This document shows, in pieces, positions 15,573 through 44,043 of a stretch of DNA of 64,000 nt (positions within the stretch are counted from its first letter, which is position 1; each line of letters begins with the position of its first letter). The notes beneath the pieces are model-generated. The model had not been told where the DNA came from, made no database searches, and saw only the letters and a list, made by a program, of their open reading frames with translations. Made by a program: the position numbers and the translations under genes. Source of the DNA: Chrysomallon squamiferum. Lineage: Eukaryota > Animalia > Mollusca. The stretch spans positions 39,928,001 to 39,992,000 of the forward strand of contig CM022670.1 in the NCBI GenBank assembly GCA_012295275.1, given 5' to 3'.

Positions 15573-16547
15573 GCTGTGTATATATATATATGTGCCTGCA
15601 TCTGTGTGCGTGTATAAATATGTATGTGTGTGTATATACGCATCCAGAATATGTGATGTATGCAAATATGTATTGTGAAAGAACGTGTATGTCATCATGT
15701 GTGTGTGCGTGTGTGTGCGTGTGTGTGCAGCATTGCATTTTACTTGTCAATATAAAATTAAATAAATTTACATAGATACCTACAAAATGTTTCTATAATC
15801 TGTACAGAAGGAAATGGCTTTAGAACACAGTGGAAAGCTCTTGCATTGTGGTTTAAGTTAAATATAAAAATAATGTTTTAATTACATATCTATGTAATGT
15901 TATATGCCAGAATATTGATAAAATTCAGCAAAAGTACGTATGTGTTGTATTTCTATGACTACGCTCTGTAAATCGGTCACTGGGAGTTCAATATTGATTT
16001 TGCCGGGTTTGGAAATCTGAAACCATTTCAATATGATTATACTATCGGTGTCAGAAATGAAGAAACTGAAATAGAAAAAAACAAAATTAAAAACAAAACA
16101 TAATTTTTTAATATAATTTATTTTGAATGTTAACAGTCAGAGGTAGTTATTTCAATGATATTGTCACTAATAAATAAATAACTAAATAACTGAAAGAGAG
16201 TTAAATATGCTGGTAAAATTTAAATGTTTTTGTGACATATCAAAAAATATAATACATATGTGTGCGTGCATGCGTGTATATCTGTTATCAGATAACATTA
16301 TATATAAAATATTCATTGTTGCCTGATTCACGTACAGTACTACTATAATCTTACCTTATTTGTTTATTTATTTATTTTAATATGGTCGGTATACTTGACT
16401 GAACATTTAGCACAGATTTGTTGATCACCCACGATAACAGAACACCTTATTAACCTCTTTACGAGTTGAAAAATTCACAGAGATAATTAATCTATGAAAA
16501 TATGATATCTTATAACAAATACGTGTAAACTATTTAAATCCAACACT

Positions 16548-16586
<39 letters not shown>

Positions 16587-16739
16587 CACACTGGACAGTA
16601 AGAGAAATAATTTTTATAGTTGAAGAGAAAAGGTAGAGCAAGTATTTATAATTGAACTTTAGATGAACAGAGAGACATATAAACAACAGCGAGAAAAACT
16701 GACGGAAAAATAGATAGAAAATCAGATAAACACACACAT

Positions 16740-16811
<72 letters not shown>

Positions 16812-17282
16812 ATAATAGTAGTAGTAATAATAATAATAATAATAATAATATTAATAAAGATTATATAATTAATATTTGCTCTAAATATGCAAATTTTGTT
16901 AATCAAATGTAATAAAAAGATATTTAAAAGATATTTGTGTATTTTTGTGTTTATATTAAGTTTTTGTGCGCGCATTTATGTATATGTGTATATATCTGTG
17001 TATGTTAGTGTGTGTATTTATCTGAACCTATATGAACAGGACTGAGCGATGTATATACTATATACGTACTTTAAAAAATTGTACTACTACACATTTCATT
17101 TTAGAAATTTCTTTTCAGACATAATTTAGGGAAACTTTCAATAAATCAATTTGTGAATTCTTATTATATATTTTGTCTAATCCTATCTTTGGTTAACCAG
17201 TATATAAAAAAACCCTCTTATTCTAAGTGAACAGTTGTTCAGAAAACAAATCGGTGGTTTTGGGGAATTATTTTGTCTTTAT

Positions 17283-17355
<73 letters not shown>

Positions 17356-17499
17356 TTTTTCATTACAGTTATATGGATATTATTCTAAACAAATGGACGC
17401 AATTTTTAATATCTATATCCTTAAAAACAACGGCTGTCAAATTAAGCGTCGTTCAAAACGATAATAACATTCAGCGAAGCCCGTCTGTGGCCATGACAA

Positions 17500-17743
17500 C
17501 GCTTTGACATGTACAAGTAATACGTTAGCAGAAGACGTCGAGATTCGTCGAAGGAAGGTTATATATTATTAAAGAACAAATCGCGAACAGGCATGTTTGT
17601 AAAGAATATGTTATTGTGTCATTCTGTGTGTACGTGAGTCAAGTTGAACTGCAGTATAACACAGTGGATTAAGTTACAATTTATACTGTGCAGAAACACT
17701 CGGACTAGTTTAAAGTCGAATAATATATTTCTGGTACAAACAG
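17500..17743 (+). other. Probable non-coding first exon / promoter of SLC44A1
   Basis: CpG-richer stretch ending in a strong donor CAG|GTAAGA at 17743. The ATG exon at 22632 begins with an acceptor, so an upstream UTR exon is required. Start coordinate approximate. Confidence 0.5.
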
Positions 17744-19107
17744 GTAAGATACTTTTTTGTTTTGTTTTCTTATAATTATTTTTGTCTCGGTTTTGTTGAC
17801 AAGTAATGAAATAATAGTGTTGTGTAGATACTTTTTTGAAACAAAAATTTTTTTTTTTTTTTTTTTTTTTGAATTATTATTTTAAGAAGAGCGAATAATT
17901 CAGTTTATTATAATTTAAATTTCAAATAATTATTCTGAATCGGTGAAAAGAAAGTTCTGGAAAAAAGAGTAATCCTGCGTATGTGTGTTTATTCATATGT
18001 ATCTGTATATGTGTGTGTGTGTAATATATATATTACATGTGTATATGTCTATATGTATCTATGTATTCACGTACGTATGTGTGTGTTTAAGTATTTATAT
18101 ATATTGGTACGTACGTATATGCATATTTTTTTGTTTTGCCTCTAGTATGTGTGTGCGATTTTGCATGTATAAGTGCTCGTGTTTATCTGTGTGCGTGCGT
18201 GTGTGTGTATTATAATTAGATGTGTGTGTTTATATGTGTGTATGTAGATGGGTATTTATACGTATGTTTAATGTATTACTCAACACAAACACAAACACAA
18301 ATTAACATTCATACGAAACACAGATTAAGAAACTCTAATTTATAATATACATGTTAATTTACTCTCTTCTCACTACCAACAAAACAGTTAAATATAGACG
18401 TAATTAAAACAAAAGCGGATACTCGCTACCACTGAAGCTTTAACAAGGAAAACAAAACAAGAACAAAAGCTGATTAACACAGACAAAAAGATAAATCCGT
18501 TTTGTAAAACAATAATCACATAAGGAACTAGACTTATTTAATGTAAAACTAGAGAAGCAAAAAACGATCGCAACCTGGTCTTGTAAGTATAATCTGATTC
18601 CGTAGGTCGACACAGTAGGCTGAAATAATGTTTTTGTGTGAGCTTAGATCTCTGTATAAACATAAATAAAAGCGCCGTTGCCATAAAAAAAAAAGAAAAA
18701 TAAAGAACAGAATAAAATAAAATAAAGTAAAAAAGAAAACCCAAAACAACAACTACAAAAAAAAAAAAAAAAAAAAAAACCAGTTACAAAAGAAAACAAC
18801 AACAACGAATCAGAAGAGTGAGTCAAAGATCATGTGACACACACACACACACACATACATACATATATATACACACATACACAAAATCGATCAGAAATAT
18901 GATATTTACGAAAAATGTTAGTTTGGATTTTTATTATTTTTATTATTATTATTTTTTTATTATATTTTTCTTTTTTTCCTCTAAACTCTATGAAACACTC
19001 AAACAAACACACGAACTAATGTCAGCTTAAACCTGTCAAAATAGTTTTCATTTTACGACAAACAAAAATAACTAGCACAACAACAGCAACAAAAAAGTAA
19101 GTAAATA

Positions 19108-19149
<42 letters not shown>

Positions 19150-19979
19150 GAAAAAAAAATTAAACTTAGATATTTGATATTGGCGAAAAATCTTATGTTT
19201 ATTTATTTCTTATTTTGTGTGTGAAATAAACGAACCCACTAGTTCATGTCGAACTAACCCCGTCAAAATAGTTTTCATTTCACAATAAACAACAACAACA
19301 ACAAAAAATTAATAAATAGATAAATATATAAATAAAAATGTCTGAACTTAGAATTTCAAGGTTGCAAACTTTAGAATAAAAGTTATTTGACAAGACTATC
19401 AGCAATATAAATAAGTTGCATAAACTCACCACAGTTTAAGAAAAAAATAAATAAATTGTAATTTGGTTTTCAGTAGCATAAGACCATAGAAAGGCTCTTA
19501 ATGTAAAGTTAACAAACTTGACAATATCGCTAAAACTGGGATAATTCTGTCGAAATTATAGACTAAGTCACAGGCATTCAGATCATGACGTCATGGCCTA
19601 ATTCATGACGTCATGACATCATATAGAAAACTTTGTCACCTTCAGGAATTATACCTTTAGTAAGATGATGAATATTACAGGTAATCTTTACATTAAAGTG
19701 ATGTGATAGTGTTGTATTCAACAGTGTTTAGCAAATTTTTGACTGGCTGCCATTTTTTTTTTTTTTTTTAACTCATTTGTGAACCTTTCTAATAATATGT
19801 TTTCGGCAACTTTATATTCGTTTCCGGACCGAATGAAACTACAGAAGGCCTCCGTAAGGGTTTTCTGTAAATATTAACGTTTGTTTAAGTTAATGCATTT
19901 ATTTTATATTTTTGATTCAACTATATAATACTAAGGAAAAAACTATTTTTTTTTTTTTTTACTATTTTTAAAGATATTA

Positions 19980-20046
<67 letters not shown>

Positions 20047-20099
20047 AAATCTAAGTAAAAATCATATTAATTTAGTAAATTAATTACTTCAGTTTCTAT

Positions 20100-20243
20100 A
20101 TATACATGCATGATGAATGTATGTATGTATATATATATATATGTATGTATGTATGTATATATGTATGTATATGTGTATGTATGTATGTATATGTATGTAT
20201 GTATTATCTGTGTATGTATATATGTATGTATTCTCTATGTATT

Positions 20244-20276
<33 letters not shown>

Positions 20277-20335
20277 GTATTCTCTATGTATATATATGTA
20301 TGTATGTATGTATTCTCTGTTTATGTATATATATG

Positions 20336-20405
<70 letters not shown>

Positions 20406-20412
20406 TATATAT

Positions 20413-20485
<73 letters not shown>
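20100..20485. repeat. Compound (TATG)n/(TA)n microsatellite, representative of many (AG)n, (TG)n, (TAT)n and (TATG)n tracts across the window
   Basis: Directly visible simple repeats; they generate most low-complexity ORFs in the track. Confidence 0.95.
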
Positions 20486-20487
<2 letters not shown>

Positions 20488-22314
20488 TGCGTGCATATAT
20501 GTTTGTGGAGGAAGGCAGATTGATAAACAGAACTTTAATTTAATGAACATACACAATAGAATGTCGTTACTGGATGTATATTGTCTGAAGGTTGTTAAAC
20601 TTGTGCATTGTCTGTGTGTCACGGTTTGGCTGTCACATTGTTCAGTATTCGACCAACGGGAAGGTTTTCTGTGGTTATAATTGCGTGCTCGGTTAGGACA
20701 ACGATTAGTCGTGATCGATTAAGAAAGAGTTAATCTTTATGGCCAGGAATAAATGGGATGAAACAAGATACGAACAAACGGCAAACAAAACATGAGCTGG
20801 TATCATTAACAAGAAACAGTTTATAAACTTCAAACTCAGTTATTCTAGCGTGGCTTTCTGTATAAATATAGCTGTCTGATTTCGTCAAACAAAAAATAAG
20901 GATAATGTGTGTAAAATAAATAAATAATGAGGAAATGATAATAAGGATAAATACAAAACTATAGTACAAGTTGAGTTTTAGAATGGAGCATGTGAACATT
21001 ATTCAAATGCATAATATTATATCATTTCTTCTTCTTTATATTATTATTATTGTTGTTGTTGCTGTTGTTGTTGTTGTTATTGTTTTTTTAAATTATTATT
21101 AACTTAGAAGCTTACACAAAATGTAGTCTTGAAAAAATATTCGAATAAAATCGGACATATTTGTCCAAAAAAAGAAAAAAGAAAAATAAATAAAAAAAAA
21201 TCATAGTCTAAAGCACCTGTAAGGCATATGTACCGACAATTCTACAAATATAAAGCCAAGAATCTTTGTATTAGTACAGAAACCCCCCTAAAAAATACCC
21301 CCCCAAAAACGACAAAACAAAACAGGATCCGTTTTTTTTTTTTTTTTTTTTCGCTTGCAGAATTATTGCGTGCTTCAAAGATAACAGCCACAAAAGTGCT
21401 AATAAATCATAGTTCTATGATCATTGTTCTTGAGACATTCATGCACTGACCTGTTTTGTACCTTTCGAATTAAGCGATATAAATCAGCGAAATTAGATTA
21501 AGTTATAAACCAGAATGATTATATATTAAATCTGCACTGAAAAGTATTTTTTAAACTTTGGACTTCCTCGTTGGAATAAAATAACAATAATAAAAATATA
21601 TAAAATAAAATAAAATAAAGAAAGAAAGAAAGAAATAACAACAACAATAAACCTAAAACTCGATGAACCGATTAAAAACAATAATAACACGAACTTGGGG
21701 AAACAAACGATGTAATTAAAGAAACTGAACGATAAAATTTCCTGATTATAACCACAACAATGGTAGTTTTGAAAACTTTCCAAAGCCACTGCACTGATTT
21801 TTTTTTATTTTTTTTTAATGAAGTCAACCAGACACAGTCAGACAAACCGAATATTTTATTTGAATATTTATACAAACGATAATAATGAAAAGGTGGTAAG
21901 TCTCTGGGGTCAAACTGAGGTCAGTGTAGTAAGTTTTGTTTTATGCTGACAAGGGTTTTCGTGTCAGTGACTAATATATCAGTGTTGTAATTGTTTGAAA
22001 TAAAACTTTTTAAATAAGGATTGGTTATATGGCACTTTGAGTTCGGTTAATGAATAAATCAAACACTTAGATAGCCAGTTTAAGACGTGTTTAACAGCGT
22101 ACACACTTTGGCTTTTGAACTAGTCATAAATTATTAATTGTTTAATAAAATTTAATAGAATTGAACAGTTGCAGTAATTTACTCGGTAAAATTTAGTATA
22201 CAAACCTACGCATATATATATATATATATATACACATTAATACATATACTTAAGTAGATACATACATACACATACACACAATTACATACATACATACATA
22301 CATGCATACATACA

Positions 22315-22350
<36 letters not shown>

Positions 22351-22689
22351 TGTACATACATACATACACAATATATATACACACACACACATTTTTAATT
22401 TTATTAATTTTATTCTCTTATTCTTGTAAAAATTAAATTTAGAACAATTGTTGTTTTTTTTTTTTTTTTTTTTTTTTTTGTTCTAAAAACTGAATAGTGT
22501 AATTAATACAACCAGATCGTGCTTTGTTAACTAATTTTGTTGTTAATTATTATTTCAGTGGTAGTATTTGGTTTGCGACAAAGTTGATACGTGTAGGAAA
22601 TTTTATTGTTATTTTTGTTTTTCTTTTACAGCTAAGTGTAACGTAGATAGTGACACTGGGAAAACGACAAACGGCTTCAGATACAAACC

Positions 22690-36185
<13,496 letters not shown>

Positions 36186-36379
36186 GTTTTTTTTCTCTCA
36201 GTAACATATTAACCTAAATAATTACGCTGTTGCAGTGCGCTTTATATTTAATCGCGACTGTGTGGTCTGGGCTAGGAATAAAATAAAAACATTTCACAGA
36301 AGAGTAATAATATACAGAAGTCATTACTATTCTGTTTGTAACAGTCTCCTGCTTACTCTGTTGATAAAGTATAAATAAA

Positions 36380-36468
<89 letters not shown>

Positions 36469-36772
36469 ATGAGAGTAAACAGGACGATATAAAATAATTT
36501 ATCTCAAGTCTATAAACGTAAATTTATATAAACAAGTAAAATTCTAATGTTAAGTAACGTATGATATATCCTTACCACATCTTTGTGTTTGTCCAGCCGT
36601 CCTGTTGTCTGTTACATTTAATTTCTACAGATATTTAATTCTCATAGTTAATTTCCTAGCGAAATATTTTATAAATTTTGTACTTAATAATAATTAAGCA
36701 CTTACGTGATTTGGTTTAAGAAATTATATTTTTAAAAATTAGTTCAAAATATAGTTCAGCTATATTTAGTGT

Positions 36773-36818
<46 letters not shown>

Positions 36819-38424
36819 GCGTGTTTGTGTGTGACTAAGCTTTCTTACACTGCTTCTTCTCTATAAACATGCAAAATCTGGACAGACTGATCCACTGAGC
36901 TATAACTTAAAATATTTATAATATATCATACGTACAATGAAGTGAACTAACATAAAAACGAATGAATTTGATTGTATAAACTAATCTATGTTTGTAAAAG
37001 TAATGGTTGAACTTACTGACAACGAAACTGCTTCAGACTTTCTGAAGCTAAGTTTCTGCCATTTTTTTTTTTTTTTTTTAAATTATCATAGTAATACGTG
37101 GTTACGGTGCAGTTTTTTTGGGGCGTGGTTTGTGTGGGTTTTTATTTTTTTATTTTTATTTTTATTTATTTTTTTTTTTTTTTTTGAATCTATAACGAAA
37201 CTAATTATAAAGTTAAAATGTATTTACCGTTTTTAAAGGCTTACATCGACAGACTGGTCAAATAAACTATAAATTAAAATCTTTCGAATTTACAGCATGA
37301 TCTGCGTGGGTCAATTTTGTTTTATTATTGTTTTAAACTATTCATTCGGACATATGCCGGTACTTTGGATGTACGTAAAAAAAAAAAAAAAAAAAAAAAA
37401 AATTGACTGTAGTATCTGTCCCTAAAGTGTCCACGTTTTTATTACTGAATACAAATAAAAAAACGTAATTTGCCATTCATCTACTGTTACTCAGTCTTAA
37501 ATGAGAAAATACTTCTGCGGAACAAACTTCGTGTAACAGGTTCGGTGTATTAAATAATTTCAGTTCACTACAGAATTAGTTCACACCAGTTGTACCTCTC
37601 ATTATACTGAACCGTTATTTACCTGTTTTCACGTTTAATGTTGTTTTAATAAAAGATCCACTACAAATGTACGGAATTGTTTTCAGAAACTATTGACAGA
37701 TAAGAAAGCACCAACAGCGAACCAAGTAATGGACACAAAATCGAGAACATCGGCATAATTTGTTTTGTTTGAGAACGAGGAGAACTGCAGCATAACTTGG
37801 TTTGTTTGAGAACGAGTGACAAGCGGTGCAGAAAGGTTCACCACGAAACTGCAGACTGAGATAGTTCTTAACATTCACGTCTGTATAAGCCGCCAGTCTT
37901 CATCTGTGATAACTGTTTGCTGGAAATTATTTCTTCAGCAGAGGTTTCCTAGTTAATTAACAATGTACAAGCACAATGAATATACATTTACCAAGGCATA
38001 TACAATTCTTAATTTGATAATGTTTTTATTATTATTATTATTATTATTATTAATTAGATTTTTTTTTTTAATATTGTAATTTATTATTACCATTTGTTAA
38101 ATGATACTTTATTTTGCAATTTATGCTTTTTGTAAAAATTTTATTTTAGATTGCGAAAAGAGCGTTATATCAAAAGAAAAAAAAAAAAAAAAACAAGAAA
38201 CAAAACGTAATCTTTGTAAATTATTTATTTTTTAATTTTTCTTGCTTTTAGTAATTAGCATCAGAATATGTTGACCCACTGGTTTGCTGGTTGATGTGAT
38301 ATCTCTAAACCTTTTTGATTAGTTAGTAACGGGCCCATACGATACCAAGCGTGATGCTGGGGCAAAGAAAGTAATAAGAAAATGAGAGGGTGTCCTCAGC
38401 ATTGTATATAGAACGACTTGTTCC

Positions 38425-38467
<43 letters not shown>

Positions 38468-40231
38468 TTTTTCTACTGACCTGTGATTTTTAACATCAAG
38501 CTGTTAAGAGACTTTGTCACTTTGTGTCTTTACTGTCGATAACTTTGATTCCCATCCTCAAATCTGATACCATTCATCTGACGTGTCCTTACTCAAAGTT
38601 TATTTATATATATTTTTTATTTAATTCATTATTATTATATTTTTTTAATTTAATTCATTATTATTATAGTTAATTAATTAATTTTTATATTTTCACTGAT
38701 AATAGTGGACAAACAGCTAAATTCGTTAATGTTATTACAATTACTTAGAAAGAAAGAAAAAAAGAGAGTAGACTTTTAGTTTAAATCCCAAACAAACAAA
38801 AAATAAACAAGCAAAAACAAACAAATATTGATTAATAAAAACACAATTGCATCAAGTTCTTTTTTATGCCTTAGTTATCGATCACAAAACGTTTATGATG
38901 AACAGGTTTAGTTGCAGCTTTCCGGTTATTAAGAGGACCCTCGATTTTCACACGGACAACATGAAACTAATAATTCTTTAAACACATGTTAACGACAGAT
39001 CCTATAAATAAATGACGTGGATTATAGATTAATATAAGACACAAGTGTTGATAATATGCATAATATGTCGCCGTTGTGCCCGAATGTGTTTGTTTAATTG
39101 CCTTTTGACACTGGCTGGAATAAAGTATTAATATAAAGTAAGGATATAATAATAACAGCAATAATGTGTTTTATTTTATTTTGTTTTTTTTGTTTGTTTG
39201 TTTTTTTAATTATTATTATTATTGTTGTTATTATTATATTATTATTAGTAGTAATAGTAGTAGTAGTATTAATATTTATTTATTTGTTATTTATTTATTT
39301 ATTTATTTATTTATTTTATTATTTGGATTATTTGGATTATACTTCCAAACAGTCAAGCCTGATAAAGATATTTTATTTTATTTATTTACTTACTTAGCTA
39401 CTTACCCGCAATCGCTGCATGTACTGATGCTAAATAATAAAAGCATTTCTGTAATAATGGCAGATCTATCTATCTATCTATGTATATATATATTTTTTTA
39501 TAAACAGTAGCATAAATACATTTTTTTTTATAAACACACTTTTGACGGTTTGATATAGTGCTATGTAATGTTGTATATATAGCTTGTAGTGTAATATCAT
39601 TGTGATTTCGTGTAGTGGTGACACGATTTCGACATTAGTACCTGTTTGTTTGTGATTTTTTAACCTGTGAAATGTATTTAAGAATTCGCCTTATATAGAA
39701 CATTCCAGAAACAGTCACACGAGTTGAATATGTTAATTGGTGGTTAAGATAAGAATAATACTGAACATTCTGATCAGGAGTCTAGAACTCTGGTAGAGGT
39801 TTTTGATGGTAAAATGTTGTCAGTAAATAACAGTACGCTGTCTTTTTGTCGGTTTTAGAAGATTAAATTATCAGAAGAGTCGATAAAATGGCCACTGATT
39901 TCCCTTTGTAAATGTAAGCCGAAATGAACCATTGTAACCGACAATTAAATCTAATGGTTACGAAGAATAACATCTTCCTTATTCACGGAATCTTTTCGTC
40001 TTTATAATCTTCTAAAGCATTAACACTCCACTGGATAGATAATACAGGTTCATAATTCTGAGACCAAAGCAGACGTCATTGAATCTTTTTCGATACAAGA
40101 AACTCGTTGACCTTAAACCGATGTATGTATGTATGTATGTATGTATGTTCCTAAGCGGGATGTCTAATCCAGACGTAGAGGATGCAAGATTGTGTCAACT
40201 CTTGTGAATGTTTCTGGATAACGCTGATATG

Positions 40232-40266
<35 letters not shown>

Positions 40267-40642
40267 TTATGTTGTTGCTACGATGTACTGAAGCATTACT
40301 GCATTATTATCAGATGAACAGTATTAGTTTAATAGTTCGTTTCAAATCTTATTTTTAGTTCTTTCAGGTCGGTGTGTGCGTTGCTTGGAGATGCTCAAAA
40401 TATGTTAATCATTTTTTTTTTTTTTTTTTTTAATGAAAAATATCAGTGTACTGAATCAAGATATTCATTATTTATGCAAGGAAAATTAGAAGGAAAAAAA
40501 AAATGCAATCGATGTTGTTTTTTTTGTCAGTAACGATAAATTGTTATTATTATTATTATTATTGTTATTACTATTATTATTATTATTATTATTGTTCTTA
40601 TTATTGTTATTGTTATTATTATTATTATTGTTATTCTTATCA

Positions 40643-40697
<55 letters not shown>

Positions 40698-41181
40698 ACT
40701 TGTATATTATTCTTTATTTATAAACAAAACACAGCGAATCTGTGATAAGTGCCCTGTAAGTAATATGTAAGTAACTATGCTATCTAGTGGACACGTGTGT
40801 GGTAACTATGCTATCTAGATCAAGTTTAAATGTGTGAGAATGTAACAGATTTCACAGTCTAGTCTGTGTTGTATACAGTCTTCTCAAACGAACTAAATAA
40901 ACGTATTTTTAAAATATTTAATATATTTTGTTTTTTCTTTAATGGTGTTCATATATGTGTTCCTTCACTGTATGTATATGTATGTATGTATGTGTGTGTT
41001 TGGTAAATATATATATCTATGTATATATGCATATTTTTGTATGTTTGTTGTGTGTCTGTTTATGTATAAATGTATTTCACGTGTGGTTGTATGTTTGTGT
41101 TTGTGGGTATGTATGTGTATATGTATATATATGTTTGTCACACACATACAAATAAACACAGACGTATGTCTATGTAATTAA

Positions 41182-41214
<33 letters not shown>

Positions 41215-41453
41215 CATGAATAAACAAATAAAAAAGATAAATAAAATAAAAAGTAATTGTACAATAAATAATCAAATCATAACCACGACTCAAAATCACT
41301 AACAGAAATTAATGATTTTTCTAATCAGCAACCTTGACATTTGTTTGAATTAATTCTGTTAAATCCGAAACGACGTTCATCGACAAAAAATAATAATAAT
41401 AAAAACAACAAAGGCAACATCAACACCAATAACAAAGTCATAACAACAAAAAG

Positions 41454-41519
<66 letters not shown>

Positions 41520-41703
41520 TTATTTTTTTTTTTTTTTTTTTTTTTTTTGAACCCAGAGTTCCCGGATCTTTTTCTAAAAATAGTGTTCGTGTCGTAATAA
41601 CGTTCAGATTACAAAACAACACATTATCAGATATTCACACTATTTATCAGTCCGAGTCTGTCTGTTACTTATTATTTTCCTAGGATTGGCAGTTGTGAAA
41701 ACA

Positions 41704-42378
41704 ATGAATTCACTGTTCGCTTGTATTACAGTAAGATTGTTGTTGTTTTTAAAACTTTTTTGCATTATTTAGTACGTTAGAATAAAACACAAATATGTAA
41801 CACACACACACGCACGCACGCACGCACGCATATATATATATATATATTTTTTTTTTATCGTAATTCAGTTAGTTTTCTTATCGTGATTATTAACATGGTT
41901 TTTATTACATTATTAACTGTACAGATCAAACACACATTTACCTGCATGAACATAAATATGTATGTACATGAGTGTAAAGTAATTAAAAATTAAAAAAAGA
42001 AAATATGCACATAATGTGTGTGTATATATGTCATCTATCTATATAAATTTTATAAACAGTAGCATAAATATATATTCTTTTATAAACACACTTTTGACGG
42101 TTTGATATAGTGCTGTGTATGTTGTATGTAGCTTATAGTGTAATATCATTGTGTAAATACACATACGTGCATACAAATACACAATACGTAGATAAAGTAA
42201 CCCTTATTTGCATTTTCAAAATCATCACCATTATAATGACCACTCTAAAAAGTACCATTCAGAATTTGATTCTTCTGTTATTTCTTAGTGCTTGAATTAA
42301 ATGAAGTAAATTTCTGAAGTATGTAGCATAATTTATTTACCGGGAATAGAAAAGAAAAGAAAAAAACAACAACAAGAA

Positions 42379-42431
<53 letters not shown>

Positions 42432-42906
42432 TAATAATAAAGTGATTTTTCCTTCTGCATGAAGACTCGAAGCCTATAGGCCTCACTGCAGATAAGGAAA
42501 CTTGTAAAGCTGATATAGATGTTCTCTTTTTTTTCAGGTCAGTTTGCTCTGTGGTTCTGTGTGTGCCCAGTCTGGTAATGATCAGTGTATCAGTAGAAGA
42601 ATACTGCATTAAATTAGGACGAGGATAAATACGCACTGATTTAAACATAACTTAATAAATAAATATAAAAAAATAACTGAATTACAAACACGTTAATATA
42701 CGTAGACTTTTGCAGTTTATATTAAACGTGTAATTTACCACTTTTAAAGTAGCACGTGTTTAAGTACGAATGAATTCTTTATACTTACAAATTATTATTT
42801 TTTCAGTCTTTAACAGTGTGTGACAATAAAATAATGCAATTTTTTGTTGTTGTATTTCATTATTAAGACTGGTTTTAACTAATAATAATAAAAATAATAA
42901 CAATAA

Positions 42907-42946
<40 letters not shown>

Positions 42947-42951
42947 AATAA

Positions 42952-42990
<39 letters not shown>

Positions 42991-43462
42991 AAAACGTAAA
43001 ATATTTTCTGTCCACACTTTCATTACAGCTATTTTGAACTTTTCATCACATACTGAGGTTTCTGTGAAGACATTAACCTCTTACATTGCAGGTAACAGTT
43101 CTGACTGTGGCGTTAACGACGATTGTAAAAGTGTCCACGTGCCTCACAGCATCATCAACAATGACGTATTTTGCTGCCTCAATGGCCAACTGCCTTCAGT
43201 CGTCGCCATCAACTCTGTTGTCTCTTGCACGTGCGACCCTTCCAAAACGATGACGCCAGAAGAACTTCAGACGATGTTGTCGTCCATTGGCCGCAACGTG
43301 CAACACACCCTGTCCTCCGTGACTCATAATTTGCAACACACCCTGTCCTCCGTGACTCATAATTTGCAACACACCCTCTCGTCTGTGGGACACACGCTAG
43401 AGGGCGTTTTGAACGGCGTGAAAACCACCTTGTCTGCTGACTTGAGCAATCTCTTCGGTTGA
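41704..43462 (+). CDS. Small secreted Cys-rich protein A1 (144 aa) with 11-residue amphipathic repeats; family not recognised
   Basis: Exons 41704-41730 (MNSLFACIT|gtaag), 42538-42574 (VSLLCGSVCAQS), 43092-43462 join in frame: signal peptide, C-x5-C-x15-CC-x16-CxC, then about 3 copies of QHTLSSVTHNL; AATAAA directly after the stop. Confidence 0.85.
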
Positions 43463-43596
43463 AATAAATGCGTCTCAGATTCAAAATCGTTTTTATTTGT
43501 TTTCATTTGTTATTGTTATTTATTTATTTGTTTTCTTTTCATGTGTTGCTATGTTTTTGTTTTTATTTCTTTTGATTTGATTTTGATTTTATTTTA

Positions 43597-43659
<63 letters not shown>

Positions 43660-44043
43660 TATCTTATCTATTTTCATTTTCACTTGCGTATACTTCTCGT
43701 TTACCTGCTTTAATTTCAACGTATTATTTTTTATTTCTGTTTCTACCTATTCTGTGGTTGGTTGTAAAAGTTTAAATTATATACGACTAAACTGGTTCCA
43801 TTGTTTTAGCTCCATGTTTGCATGGACGGAAATAGGTAATTCTGGTTTAATCGAACGTTATCTCTGAATGGTTTTTAATAAAGCTAATAGCTATTCATGC
43901 CCAGAGCTGGGATGTTTTAAACGTGCCAAGCACTGAACCATACCACATCGCTTCATCCACTGAAAAAACAGATACATCATCTAGCAGGCAGCTGATAAAA
44001 ACCACGACAGTCTCGATAAACGATCAGTCTGGACTTCGATAAC

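Noticed and set aside
43092-43240. Calling A/B conotoxin-like ICK knottins from the C-C-CC-C-C order
   Set aside because: Loop lengths (5/15/16/1) are far from typical knottins and there is no propeptide; family assignment needs a structure search.
43196-43484. Antisense ORF with RRTGCVANYES repeats
   Set aside because: Reverse-strand reading of the 33-bp coding repeat; the plus frame has the signal peptide, splice sites and Cys domain.
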